From NCBI GenBank assembly GCA_965601925.1, contig OZ271854.1, forward strand, positions 1,408,001-1,472,000: a stretch of 64,000 bases of DNA, read 5' to 3'. Within the stretch, counting starts at the first letter, position 1; each line of letters opens with the position of its first letter. The notes beneath the pieces are model-generated. The model was not told where the DNA came from, did no database searches, and saw only the letters and a list, made by a program, of their open reading frames with translations. Source of the DNA: Alkalispirochaeta sp. (lineage in GTDB: Bacteria > Spirochaetota > Spirochaetia > DSM-27196 > Alkalispirochaetaceae). The position numbers and the translations under genes are program-made. Positions 1 through 11,538 of this stretch are shown piece by piece.

Positions 1-197
1 CGCCACGTGAGCGCGCACCGTGAAGATGCACGCAACAGCGCCCTGGGGAACTCGGACCGAAGACAACCGTTCCTTCGTTTAGACGCCCGCATACGGCCCA
101 ATGGGCCGGGTCGGAGACTACGGAACGCCGCGATCTCCGTGAATGCCGTTCCATGCACGAGAGTTTCCGGGGCGCGAGATGAGCACCGCGACGGGAG

Positions 198-986
198 ATG
201 GGTGCGATGGCACGGCTGAAGGACAAAGTTGCGGTCGTTACCGGCGGCGGTCGCGGCATCGGGGAGGCGATCTGCCGTACCTTTGCCGCCGAAGGTGCGT
301 TCGTGGCGGTAACCGATGTGCACCACGACGACGCCGACCGTGCCGCTACGGCGATCACCGGTGATGGAGGCCGCGCCGCGGCGTGGTCGTTCAACGTCAC
401 CGACGCGGCGGCGGTTGCGGACGCGGCCGACCAGATCGAAGAGCGTTTCGGGGCGATCGATATCTGGGTCAACAACGCCGGGGTGTCGACGATCGTGCCC
501 TTCCTCGAGTGCTCCGAAGCGACGTGGGACAAAACGCTTGCAGTCAACCTTACCGGTGCTTTTATTGGTAGCCAAACGGCGCTGCGCCGCATGGTACCGA
601 GGCGGCGCGGGGTAGTACTCAACATGTCCTCCCAGTCGGGCAAGGTCGGCAACAGCCACTACGCCGCCTACTGCGCCAGCAAGTTCGGCGTGATAGGCCT
701 CACTCAATCGCTGGCGGTGGAGTTTGCCCGTGACGGGGTACGGGTGAACGCTCTCTGCCCCGGCGTGGTCTTCACTCCCCTGTGGGACGAACAGATCGCC
801 GACTACGCTCGTAAACGCACGATGGAGATCGGCGAAGTACGAGGCTATTTGGAGGGTAAGATCCCGATGGGACGCGCCTGCACCCCCGAGGACGTAGCGC
901 AGGTCGCCCTTTTTTTGGCCGGCGACGAGGCGGCGTACATCACCGGCGAGGCGGTCAACATATCCGGCGGCAGCGTCATGCACTAA
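198..986 (+). CDS. SDR family oxidoreductase, sorbitol-6-phosphate dehydrogenase (SrlD)-like
   Basis: TGGGRGIG, NNAG and YCASK motifs; the SSQSGKVG...KFGVIGLTQSLA segment and C-terminus resemble SrlD; start may be the ATG at 207. Confidence 0.85.
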   Translation: MGAMARLKDKVAVVTGGGRGIGEAICRTFAAEGAFVAVTDVHHDDADRAATAITGDGGRAAAWSFNVTDAAAVADAADQIEERFGAIDIWVNNAGVSTIVPFLECSEATWDKTLAVNLTGAFIGSQTALRRMVPRRRGVVLNMSSQSGKVGNSHYAAYCASKFGVIGLTQSLAVEFARDGVRVNALCPGVVFTPLWDEQIADYARKRTMEIGEVRGYLEGKIPMGRACTPEDVAQVALFLAGDEAAYITGEAVNISGGSVMH

Positions 987-1007
987 AGTGGACCAAAAGG
1001 AGGAATC

Positions 1008-2045
1008 ATGCCGGTCGTTCGTGATTATCAGGCGGTAAAAGAGGTCTACCAGGAGGCGGGCGAGCTCGGCGTGGGCTTACCGGTCTTCTGCATGGAGGAC
1101 CGCGAGACGATGGAGGCGGTGTTGGCGGCGGTCTACGAGTACGGCCGCAAGATCGGCGTGGATGACCTGCCGGTGGTACCGGCGTGGACGATCCGCTACC
1201 CCCCGCGCGGACAGATGACGCTCGTCACCGCGGCGGGCGATCCGGTTCTGGGCACGCAGCTAATGTTCTCCGATCTGGAGCTGTTTATGGGCGAACACAG
1301 CCCCTACCGTAATTTACGTGCCCTGCCACACCTCGACCACGGCTTCCCGTGGTTGGACGGCGACATATTCGAGCACTTCGCCGATCACTTCGCCTCGGTA
1401 ATGCACGATGCGAGCGAACGGCCCTTTGAGGAGAACGTAGAGATGACCGCCCGCTACGTCGAGCGTGTCAAAGGACGCGTTCTGGTGGAGGGCGCGGTAG
1501 ACGAGATCTTCGCCGAGGGCAGCGAGAGTTACAAGAACGAGCTCACCACCGCGGCGCAGGCCGAGCGCTTTGTGACCCAAACGGGCGTGGACATCATCGT
1601 ACCCAACGTGGGCACGGAGCACCGCGCCACCTCCGACACGGTACACTACGACTCCGAGCGCGCGCGGGCGATCAGTGCGGCGGTGGGTAAGATTTTGTGC
1701 CTCCACGGCACCTCGTCGGTGAGTGCCGTGGACTTGCCGCGCATCCCCAGCGACGGCTTCGTCAAGATCAACGTCTACACCACCCTCGCGGTACACGGCG
1801 GGCAGGCGGTGGCACGTCGCGTACTCGGTAGTTTGCGAGACACCTTCACCGAACAGCAGCTCGACGAACTTGTCCGCGAGGGCGTCCTGGCCGAGACGAT
1901 TCTGACGGCGGGAGGGGCGACTCCGATCAAGCCCAAGCTCGCCGAGGTAGCCAACCCACCGCGGCGTGACGCGTGGTTCGCCGCGGTCAAAGAGCGCTGC
2001 AAGGACTTTCTGGAGGCGTTCAACTACCGACGGTACGCGATTTGA
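1008..2045 (+). CDS. Class II (metal-dependent) fructose/tagatose-bisphosphate aldolase family protein, divergent
   Basis: HLDHG, DASERPFEEN, NVGTEH, LHGTSS and KINVYT motifs; AGGAGG RBS upstream. Confidence 0.8.
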   Translation: MPVVRDYQAVKEVYQEAGELGVGLPVFCMEDRETMEAVLAAVYEYGRKIGVDDLPVVPAWTIRYPPRGQMTLVTAAGDPVLGTQLMFSDLELFMGEHSPYRNLRALPHLDHGFPWLDGDIFEHFADHFASVMHDASERPFEENVEMTARYVERVKGRVLVEGAVDEIFAEGSESYKNELTTAAQAERFVTQTGVDIIVPNVGTEHRATSDTVHYDSERARAISAAVGKILCLHGTSSVSAVDLPRIPSDGFVKINVYTTLAVHGGQAVARRVLGSLRDTFTEQQLDELVREGVLAETILTAGGATPIKPKLAEVANPPRRDAWFAAVKERCKDFLEAFNYRRYAI

Positions 2046-3251
<1,206 letters not shown>

Positions 3252-4499
3252 TTATGCATTCGCCTCCGGTTCGGTGGTTTGGTTCGCCGTGCCGGCGGGA
3301 TAGAGGAAGCAACTTACGTAGTGGTTGTCGTCCGTCTTTAGCAGTGATGGAGAAGTCGCGTCGCACGTTCCGGGCATAAACGCCGGGCAGCGCGGGTGGA
3401 AGGGGCACCCGGCCGGGCGTGCGTAGGGGTGCGGAATCGAGCCGCTGATCGCCTCCAAGCGCGTACGCGGCTTGGAGAGAATACTTGGAATGGAGCGCAA
3501 TAGGAGCCGTGTGTACGGGTGCTTGGGATTATGAAAGATCGCGTCCACCGGCCCACGCTCGACCACACGCCCCAGATACATTACCGCCACATCGTCCGCC
3601 ATCTCGGCGATCACACCCATATCGTGGGTGATCAGAATGAGCGAGATACCCTTTTGCGCCTGGAGTTCGCGCAACAAGTCGAGGATCTGCGCCTGAGTGG
3701 TCACGTCCAGGGCGGTGGTGGGCTCATCGGCGATTACGATCTGCGGATCACTGGAGAGCGCCATCGCGATCATGACGCGCTGCCGCAAACCGCCCGAGAG
3801 CTGAAAGGGATACTCGTCGATGCGTCGCTGCGGCTTTGGGATACCGACCAGGCGCAACATCTCGATCGCCTTGGCGCGCGCCTGGCGACGCGTCAGCGGC
3901 TGGTGCAGGCGGATCGCCTCGATCATCTGGTTGCCCACGGTGTGAAAGGCGCTGAAGGAGGTCATCGGCTCCTGGAAGATGAGCGAAATCTCGGCGCCGC
4001 GAATCGAGCGAATCGCGCGGCCGTCGGAATCCAGGGTGGTGAGGTCGACCGGCTCGCCGCCGTCCGCGCGGTGCAACCAGATGTGCCCCTCCTCGATTCG
4101 CGCCGAGCGCTCCAGAATACGCAGCACAGAGCGCGCCGTGACGCTCTTGCCGCAGCCCGACTCACCGACGATGCCCAGCGTTCTGCCGCGCCGGAGGTCC
4201 AAACTCGCCCCGTCAACGGCGCGTACTACCCCCTCGTCCTGGTGGAAGAACGTCTTCAGACCGCGGATCGAGAGCACCGACGCGTCGGGGGTCGTCGCAC
4301 CTGCATCCGGCGCGCCGCCGGCGACTCCGGTCGAAGGATGCTTCGTACCGGTAACCCCTCTCTCCCGAGAACGCCGCTCGCCGGCCCGGCGCCACGGTGC
4401 GAAACGTTTTGCACCCGTAACGCGCTTCGCCGCGGAGCCCTGCGCACCCGCGCCGTGTTCGGCCGGCGGGCGCCTTGCGCCCTTACGTCGCCTACCCAT
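3252..4499 (-). CDS. Opp/Dpp-type ABC transporter ATP-binding protein (OppD-like)
   Basis: GESGCGKS, LSGGLRQR, DEPTTALD and CPFHPRC; the ATG overlaps the end of the upstream permease; exact start uncertain. Confidence 0.93.
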   Translation of the reverse strand: MGRRRKGARRPPAEHGAGAQGSAAKRVTGAKRFAPWRRAGERRSRERGVTGTKHPSTGVAGGAPDAGATTPDASVLSIRGLKTFFHQDEGVVRAVDGASLDLRRGRTLGIVGESGCGKSVTARSVLRILERSARIEEGHIWLHRADGGEPVDLTTLDSDGRAIRSIRGAEISLIFQEPMTSFSAFHTVGNQMIEAIRLHQPLTRRQARAKAIEMLRLVGIPKPQRRIDEYPFQLSGGLRQRVMIAMALSSDPQIVIADEPTTALDVTTQAQILDLLRELQAQKGISLILITHDMGVIAEMADDVAVMYLGRVVERGPVDAIFHNPKHPYTRLLLRSIPSILSKPRTRLEAISGSIPHPYARPAGCPFHPRCPAFMPGTCDATSPSLLKTDDNHYVSCFLYPAGTANQTTEPEANA

Positions 4500-5634
4500 A
4501 TGGATCCGCCGCGTCTCGCAGTCCGTCGCCCAGAAAGTTGAACGCCAACACCGCGATGATGACCGACGCCGCCGGCAGCAGGAGCCACGGCGAGAGCGCC
4601 ACGGCCTGCACGTTCTGCGCCTGCTGCAACAAAACGCCCCAACTGATCGCCGGCGGGCGCAACCCTAACCCCAAGAAACTCAACGCCGTTTCCGCGATGA
4701 TCATCACCGGAATCGCCAGGGTTGTGGCGGCGATGATGTGACTCAGAAACGAAGGCACCATGTGGCGAAAGATGATGCGCAAACGCCCGGCGCCGGCGAG
4801 CTCCGCAGCGACCACGAAATCCTCCTCCCGGAGCGAAAGAAAGCGCCCCCGCACCACGCGCGCCATCACCGTCCACCCGATAAGCGAAATAATGATCGTG
4901 ATAAAGAAATAGATACGCGTAATCGGCCACTCGGCGGGCATCGCCGCCGCCAGACCCATCCACAACGGAATCGTCGGAATCGAGCGCACGATCTCGATCA
5001 GGCGCTGAATCACCGTATCGACCACTCCGCCGTACAGTCCCGATATTCCCCCGAGGAGAATTCCTAAAAAGAGGCTCAGCGCCACGCCGACCAATCCGAT
5101 CGTCAGGGAGGTGCGCGTTCCCACCATCAGTCGGGACCATAGGTCGCGCCCGGTGATGTCGGTACCCAACAGAAAGAGCGTCTCCTCGGCGCGGGCGTCG
5201 GCTACGCCTATAAGATGACGGTTGACGGGGATCAAGCCCAAGAGCCGGTACTCGTAACCCGGCGCAAAGAGGCGGAGATAGTATTTGCGTTCCGGGTCGG
5301 GTTGGTAGACGCGACGAAAGGTCGCCGGGTCGCGCCGTCCGACCAGGCCGATCACGTGGGGCTTGAGTCTACCCTCGTCGAACCAGTGAATGCGTTGCGG
5401 TGGAATCAGCGAGCGCCCCGCCTCGGATTCAAAGGGGTCGGCGTACGCGAAAAAATCGGCGAAGAGTACTACGGTGTAGAAAAGGATCAAGACGATCAGC
5501 GAGGCGAGCGCCACCTTGTGCTTGCGGAAGCGCCACCACATGAGCTGCCACTGCGTCGCCATCGCGATGCGCCGGGCGGCATCCCTGTTCTCGGTACCGG
5601 CCGCTGGGGGCGGAGAAGTGTTCACGTCGGCCAT
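4492..5634 (-). CDS. ABC transporter permease (OppC-like)
   Basis: LGTDITGRD, EAA-like loop and FNFLGDGLRDAADP; TGATG coupling to the OppB-like gene sets the start at 5634. Confidence 0.93.
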   Translation of the reverse strand: MADVNTSPPPAAGTENRDAARRIAMATQWQLMWWRFRKHKVALASLIVLILFYTVVLFADFFAYADPFESEAGRSLIPPQRIHWFDEGRLKPHVIGLVGRRDPATFRRVYQPDPERKYYLRLFAPGYEYRLLGLIPVNRHLIGVADARAEETLFLLGTDITGRDLWSRLMVGTRTSLTIGLVGVALSLFLGILLGGISGLYGGVVDTVIQRLIEIVRSIPTIPLWMGLAAAMPAEWPITRIYFFITIIISLIGWTVMARVVRGRFLSLREEDFVVAAELAGAGRLRIIFRHMVPSFLSHIIAATTLAIPVMIIAETALSFLGLGLRPPAISWGVLLQQAQNVQAVALSPWLLLPAASVIIAVLAFNFLGDGLRDAADPYG

Positions 5635-6641
5635 CAGCGTCGATCCATACCAAAGCGAATGCGCGGGTCGATCCACATCAGGATCAAATCGGAGACGAAG
5701 GTGCCGACAACCGTCATCACCGCCAACAGCAACAGAATCGTACCGGCCAGGAAGAGATCCTGTGATAGCAGCGCGCGGTACAAGAGCGGTCCCACCGTCG
5801 GTAGGCTCAGCACAAGGGAGACGATGATGCTACCGGAGACGATAAAGGGAAAGATGTAGCCGATTGTGCTGGCAAAGGGGTTGAGCGCGGCGCGCACCGG
5901 ATACTTCATGATGACGCGCGTCTCGCTCAGACCTTTTGCGCGTGCGGTGACCACGTAGGGCTTGCGCAACTCGTCCAATAGGTTGGCGCGCATAATGCGT
6001 ATCAGCTCGGCGGTGCCGGCCATACCGAGCACGATCGCCGGGATCGGCAAATGGCGCACGAGGTTCCACACGCGCGCCCAGCTCCACGATGCATGCTGAA
6101 ACTCAGGCGAAAAGAGCCCGCCCAGCTGGGTGGCGCCGAAATAGCGAAAGCTTACGTACAGCACGATTAGGGCTAACATGAAGTTGGGAATAGCCACTCC
6201 CAGAAAGCCGATAAAGGTAAAGACGTAGTCGGCGATCGAGTACTGTCGCACCGCCGAGTAGATGCCGATCGGAAACGCTACGGCCCAGATAAAGAGCACC
6301 GCCGCGACTGAGACGACGACGGTGAGCATCAGCCGATCGCCGAGAACCTCGCGTACCGGTCGGTTGTACTCAAATGATATGCCGTAGTCGCCGCGCAGAA
6401 CACGGCCGATCCAGCGGCCGTACTGGACGTACAACGGGCGGTCCAGTCCGAACTGCTGACGCAGCGCCTCCTGCTCCTCCAGCGATACGGGGTTGCCCGC
6501 AGCGGCCAACTGCGCCACGTACGAGGTCGCGAAGTCGCCGGGAGGCAGTTCCATCACTACGAAGGAGAGGATCGACGCCACAAAGATCGTGAGCAACGCC
6601 AGTGCGAAGCGGCGAGCGATGTATCCGACCACGTTGAACAA
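5634..6641 (-). CDS. ABC transporter permease (OppB-like)
   Basis: LPPGD, GLDRPLYVQY, TARAKGL and IDPRIR; GAGGAGG RBS. Confidence 0.95.
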   Translation of the reverse strand: MFNVVGYIARRFALALLTIFVASILSFVVMELPPGDFATSYVAQLAAAGNPVSLEEQEALRQQFGLDRPLYVQYGRWIGRVLRGDYGISFEYNRPVREVLGDRLMLTVVVSVAAVLFIWAVAFPIGIYSAVRQYSIADYVFTFIGFLGVAIPNFMLALIVLYVSFRYFGATQLGGLFSPEFQHASWSWARVWNLVRHLPIPAIVLGMAGTAELIRIMRANLLDELRKPYVVTARAKGLSETRVIMKYPVRAALNPFASTIGYIFPFIVSGSIIVSLVLSLPTVGPLLYRALLSQDLFLAGTILLLLAVMTVVGTFVSDLILMWIDPRIRFGMDRR

Positions 6642-6845
6642 ACCTCCTCATTGCGATGCGGGTATAGCGGCGACGAGGGCCGCGGTGCGCCCGACCATCG
6701 GAACAGCTCAAGCGACGAACCTCTCTGCCGCGGCCCGATACGCCCGTCGCTACACCACGACGAACCGGCGTGCGGCGGGCGCCGCATCGCTACACGACAT
6801 CATGCATCCGCCGCAGTCGCTTCGTGGTCTCGCGCTTCCTTCCCG

Positions 6846-8909
6846 CTACTCGGCGTCGCGGAAGAAGAACATCTGCGGCCGAGAAATACTGGGTGTCAGA
6901 CCCGCCTGGATGTTGAAGTGGCGACTGGGCACATTACCCATATTGTTCTTGGCCACCCTCACGCCCATGAACGCCCCGGACTGCCCAACGGTGCCGATCG
7001 TCCACACCTCGTCGATCGCGATCTCCCAGATGCGGCGACCCGCGTCGATGCGGTCTTCAACCGTCATGCCCGGCGCGCGGCGGAATAGATCCAGCGCCTC
7101 CACCAGAGCCGGATCGGTCGGTTCGATTCCTTGCGCTCCACCGGTACGGAACCAGAGACCGTAGGCCGGGCCCATCGCCGACTCGGTTGAAATCGGCAGC
7201 ACGTGGTGCCCAAAGAGGAAGAGCTCGTCGGAACCGTCGTTCTGCCACACCGTGATTTGGATCTCGTTGTTTTGCAGCCGTCCGAACCACAAGCTACGCT
7301 CCTGCTCGACGATGTTGGTAAAGATCCCAACGTCCGCCCATTGCTCCCTGACCATCTCCGCGATCTGTGTGTTGGGTAGGAAAGCGGGAATCGTCGTCAC
7401 CTCGATAATGAGCCGCTCGCCGTTGTCGGTTCTCAAACGATAGCCGTCCGCGTCGCGCTCGGTGAGTCCGATTTCGTCGAGCATCCGGTTGGCCCGCTCG
7501 GGATCAAAGGTCGCCCAGAGATCGCGATACTCCGGCCCCGGTGTATGGATGCCCGTTTCGGCCACCACCGGGGAGCCGGGCGTACCGAGGCCGAGAAAGA
7601 AGATCTCGTTGATCTGGTCCCGGTCGATCGCCAGAGAGAGGGCCCGGCGGAAGTCGCGATTCTGAAACCAACGCGTAATCTCCGCATCTCCACGGTAGCT
7701 CAAATTGAAGTGAAAGCCCGCGTCGGTACCGTGCTGGCCCGGATCGAGGTAGAGCGTGTAGTCGCCCTGCTCGGCATTCTCCAGAAAGAGCGGGATGTTA
7801 GCCATCGTCAGGTGACGCGCCTGGAAGTCGTACTCGCCGGCCACGGCCCGCAGGTTCAATACCTCGAGATCCTCGGCCACGGCGAAGGATATCCGGTCGA
7901 TGTACGGCAGCTGGTTACCGGCGCTGTCCACGCCGAAGTAGTACGGGTTGCGCACCAGCACCCACCCCTCGGCGCCCGGCGGTACCTCGACCATCCACGG
8001 GCTCAGCACCGGCAGATCCGGGTTGTCCGAGGCTTGATTCCTGGCCCGGAATAGCGCCGTCCACGTATCGAAGCCCTCCCGGGCGACGATCGCGTCGAGC
8101 TCGGCCTGGTCGACGAAGGCGGGGTGGAACTGTCGCAGGTAGTGCTCCGGCGCGTAGCCGCCGTTGCCGAAGCGCCCAAAGTGCCACTGCCCGCCGAAGA
8201 CGTTGACCGAACTGCCGAACACCTCACGAAAGAGTGTGTTGGGCGCGGCGAAGCGCACCTGGACGCGGTAGTCGTCGAGCCTGGTGACGGTCGCCTCTTG
8301 ACCGTCGATCGACATGATCGGGTTCGGCACCGGAGTGAGCTCGTCGTTGTTATACATATGCTCGAACCAGAACATCACGTCGTCGGCGGTGAAGAGTTCG
8401 CCGTCGGACCAGCGCAACCCCCGACGCATGACGATCGTGAAGGTGGTTCCGTCGTCGCTAACCTCCACGTCCCTGGCCACGTTGGGCACCATCTCGGGGA
8501 AGCGCACCGGGTGCCATGCCAAGAAACGATCGTTGCTGGCGATGCGCAAGCCGTTGACCCAGTCGCCGGGACCGGTAAAGCCGCGCCGCCACGTGCCGCC
8601 GTAGCGCCCGATCTCCCCCGACGGCTCCAAAACAAGCACGTCCTCAAACACGGGTAGACGCTCGTCAACCGGGGGCAAATCTCCGGCGGCTACCATCTGC
8701 GACAGCATCGGCGCCTCATTGAAATCGGTAGGGAAACGGTTCACATCGGTGACAACCTCGGGTCCTTCGTACTCCCCGATAAGGTCCACTTCAGTCTCGG
8801 TGCTTGCCGGTTGCGCCGGCTCATCCTCTCGACCGCCGCCGGCCCACGCGGGACCTACGACGAATACGATCAACACCGCAAAGACTATCGCCTTTCTCAC
8901 CTCCATCAT
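6846..8909 (-). CDS. Family 5 ABC solute-binding protein (probably binds sugars or oligosaccharides)
   Basis: Signal peptide ending AWAGG; EAPML...LPPVDERLP, WSDGELFTADDV, NPYYFGVD...QLPYID and FRRALSLAIDR motifs. Confidence 0.92.
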   Translation of the reverse strand: MMEVRKAIVFAVLIVFVVGPAWAGGGREDEPAQPASTETEVDLIGEYEGPEVVTDVNRFPTDFNEAPMLSQMVAAGDLPPVDERLPVFEDVLVLEPSGEIGRYGGTWRRGFTGPGDWVNGLRIASNDRFLAWHPVRFPEMVPNVARDVEVSDDGTTFTIVMRRGLRWSDGELFTADDVMFWFEHMYNNDELTPVPNPIMSIDGQEATVTRLDDYRVQVRFAAPNTLFREVFGSSVNVFGGQWHFGRFGNGGYAPEHYLRQFHPAFVDQAELDAIVAREGFDTWTALFRARNQASDNPDLPVLSPWMVEVPPGAEGWVLVRNPYYFGVDSAGNQLPYIDRISFAVAEDLEVLNLRAVAGEYDFQARHLTMANIPLFLENAEQGDYTLYLDPGQHGTDAGFHFNLSYRGDAEITRWFQNRDFRRALSLAIDRDQINEIFFLGLGTPGSPVVAETGIHTPGPEYRDLWATFDPERANRMLDEIGLTERDADGYRLRTDNGERLIIEVTTIPAFLPNTQIAEMVREQWADVGIFTNIVEQERSLWFGRLQNNEIQITVWQNDGSDELFLFGHHVLPISTESAMGPAYGLWFRTGGAQGIEPTDPALVEALDLFRRAPGMTVEDRIDAGRRIWEIAIDEVWTIGTVGQSGAFMGVRVAKNNMGNVPSRHFNIQAGLTPSISRPQMFFFRDAE

Positions 8910-9177
8910 GGATACCTCCCTTTTTTTATGGACTTATTGTTCGTCCTGTCACCGACGGCGGCCGTCACTCACGTGGGCGCCGGTACGCCGTCGCTGCATC
9001 GCGACGGCGTCGAGTCCTTTTCCCGATATCTCCTTGTGATCGCACAAAAGCCATGCTACACTTCTGTAAAATATCTGATGATATCTTAACACCGTTTTCA
9101 TGATAGACCGGCTCCGGGAGGGTGTCAAACTTTTTTCGCCCCCTTTTTGGGGTCGATAGACAAGGGAGAACGCCCAC

Positions 9178-10530
9178 ATGTCCCGTACAGCGCCTCTACC
9201 ACTGATCTTCGGCGGCCCAGGAGATATCGTCGACCCCTTCGGCAAATTGGTATTCGGCTGCAACGAACTACACTTTGTTGAGACGGCCAAGGGGCTCCCG
9301 CCGATTCGCGTGCGCTGCGCCGTAGCCGAAGAGGACGGGGCGTACACGGTATACGGCGCTACCGGCCGCATGAACGCACCCATCCACATCTACCGTGCCC
9401 GCACCGTGGACGGGATCCACTTTGAGCAGAGTCGTCGCGTCTTCTCCAGCGGGGCGGGGGCGTGGCGTACCGAGTTCGACATCGCCTACGACGAGGAAGC
9501 CGGGCGCCTCGTCGCCTATCTGTGGCAGGAGTACAAGGACTCCTTCTCGTTGTGGGCCTACGGTAGCGACGACGGAGGAGAGAACTGGCGCGCACTCTCA
9601 GAGACGCCGCTGTACATCAACCACGACGCCTTTAGCGTGCTGTGGGACCGCCGCAGCCGGCAGTTCATCTGCTACAACAACACCTATCAGCCGTGGGAGC
9701 GAATTGTACCGGACAACATCGGAAGTCGTATCCGACGGGTGCTCTCGATTCGCACCAGCCGGGACGGCGTTCAATGGCGTCCGAGCGACGATATCTACCA
9801 ATCCGGCCCCTATGCAGCGCCGGAAGAGATCATCGCGCCCGACGACGAGGACGCGCCGGACATCGAGTTCTACCGTTTCAACGCCTTTCGGTACGCCGAT
9901 CGCTACGCCGGTATGATGCTCCTGTACGCCGCCAGTCCTCAGGAGGCGAACCTGCGCGCCCCATGGACCGGGCACGGCCAACACTGTTACGGCGAGTGGT
10001 GGCAAAGCGCCGACGGCCTGACGTGGACGCGTCCCTTCCGCGATACGGTCGCCTCCGGAGAGGCGCCCAGCATTATCGAGCACCCCCCGATGACGATCGA
10101 CGGACGCTACTTGTGGATCATCGACGGCGGCGTCTATTCGATCCCTGAGGATCGCCTGTTCTACGTCGCCTCGCGGTCCAACGGCGCGTTCACCACCAAA
10201 CCGTTCACGATGCCCGCCGAGCCGTTGATGCTCGACGCCGAAATGCAGTTCACGCCGCACGGGCTCGGCATGTTCGACCAGAGCTACGTCATGGCCGAAC
10301 TTCTGGATGCCGACGGGCGCACTATCGCCGGGTTTGAGCGGGAAAAGTGTGTGCACCACCGCCTCTCGGCCAACCGCGTCCGCCTGCACTGGGCGGGGCG
10401 AGACGGTTCCGACGCGCTGGGGCGCACCGTACAGTTGCGACTCTCCATGCGGGACGCACGGATCTACGCCGTCACCACGGCGCGTTACCCCGGTCTGGAG
10501 CGCAACGAGGTCTTTCGGTGGGGCATTTAG
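9178..10530 (+). CDS. Hypothetical glycosidase-like protein (5-bladed beta-propeller plus C-terminal beta-sandwich)
   Basis: Repeated S/T-x-D-G-x-x-W/F blade motifs (TVDGIHF, SDDGGENW, SRDGVQW, SADGLTW); C-terminal TTKPF...ELLDADG..IAGF module; context in a sugar cluster. Confidence 0.55.
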   Translation: MSRTAPLPLIFGGPGDIVDPFGKLVFGCNELHFVETAKGLPPIRVRCAVAEEDGAYTVYGATGRMNAPIHIYRARTVDGIHFEQSRRVFSSGAGAWRTEFDIAYDEEAGRLVAYLWQEYKDSFSLWAYGSDDGGENWRALSETPLYINHDAFSVLWDRRSRQFICYNNTYQPWERIVPDNIGSRIRRVLSIRTSRDGVQWRPSDDIYQSGPYAAPEEIIAPDDEDAPDIEFYRFNAFRYADRYAGMMLLYAASPQEANLRAPWTGHGQHCYGEWWQSADGLTWTRPFRDTVASGEAPSIIEHPPMTIDGRYLWIIDGGVYSIPEDRLFYVASRSNGAFTTKPFTMPAEPLMLDAEMQFTPHGLGMFDQSYVMAELLDADGRTIAGFEREKCVHHRLSANRVRLHWAGRDGSDALGRTVQLRLSMRDARIYAVTTARYPGLERNEVFRWGI

Positions 10531-10540
10531 CGAGGACCAT

Positions 10541-11533
10541 ATGAGCGATCAAACCTACCTGCAGTGGCTCTCAGCAACCGACGAGTGGTGGAACGATTCG
10601 GCTCTACCCGTCGAGATCGAAGCCGCGCGGGTCAACGGCGCGACCGGGGTGACCACCAACCCCGTGTTGGCCGCCCGCGCGGCGGGCAACGGGCTCTACG
10701 ACCCGTCGCCATCCGAGGTGGAGACGGCGGGCGGAAAGGCGGAAGCGCGATTACGCCACGTCGTCCTCGACGCGCTCGCTGCGATCGGTCCGGTGCGGGG
10801 CGCCGGCGGATTCGTCTGCGCCCAGGTGGAACCCGCCCTCGACTCCGACCGCGAGGCGATGCTCACAACCGCGCGCCGTTTTCACTCCTGGAGCCCGCGA
10901 ATCGCGGTCAAACTGCCGACGTGTGCCGCCGGCCTGGACGTCTTGGAGGAGTGCGCCGCCGAGGGCATTCCGACCACAATGACAACGAGCTTCTGCGTGT
11001 CCCAACTCGTCGCCGCATCACAACGTCACCTTGCGGGATGCGCGCGCGCCGAACGGGTCGGAATCGAGCCGGCACCGTCGTGGGCGGTGCTCATGATCGG
11101 CCGCCTCGACGACTATCTGCGTGACATTGCTGCGGACAACGACGTCGATCTCTCCGCCGCCGACCTGCAGCGCGCCGGGATTGCGGTCGCCAAGCGCGCC
11201 GCTGCGCTCTTCACCGAGATCGGTGCGCGCTCACGCATCATGGTGGCGGCGCTACGCGGCCCACACCACGTCGCCGAACTCACCGGCGGTGGTATTGTCT
11301 TCACGTTATCTCCCAAGATGCAGCAAGCGCTCCTTGCCGCCGAACCGGCGCGGATCACCAAGCTCTACGAGCCGGAGGAAGCGGCGCTCCTCAAGCGACT
11401 CAGACGTCTACCGGAGTTCGTGCGCGTCTACGAGCCGGAGGGCATGACGCCGGAACAGATGTACGCGTTCGGCCCCTTCCAACGCACGCAAACGCAGTTC
11501 CACATCTCGGGATGGGCCAATCTGGCGGGATAG
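10541..11533 (+). CDS. Transaldolase/fructose-6-phosphate aldolase family protein
   Basis: WNDS, GVTTNP, Schiff-base VKLP and IGRLDD; ATG at 10541 follows a GAGG RBS. Confidence 0.85.
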   Translation: MSDQTYLQWLSATDEWWNDSALPVEIEAARVNGATGVTTNPVLAARAAGNGLYDPSPSEVETAGGKAEARLRHVVLDALAAIGPVRGAGGFVCAQVEPALDSDREAMLTTARRFHSWSPRIAVKLPTCAAGLDVLEECAAEGIPTTMTTSFCVSQLVAASQRHLAGCARAERVGIEPAPSWAVLMIGRLDDYLRDIAADNDVDLSAADLQRAGIAVAKRAAALFTEIGARSRIMVAALRGPHHVAELTGGGIVFTLSPKMQQALLAAEPARITKLYEPEEAALLKRLRRLPEFVRVYEPEGMTPEQMYAFGPFQRTQTQFHISGWANLAG

Positions 11534-11538
11534 GCGCG

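Noticed and set aside
1..197. Partial gene at the window start
   Set aside because: No frame gives a recognisable protein
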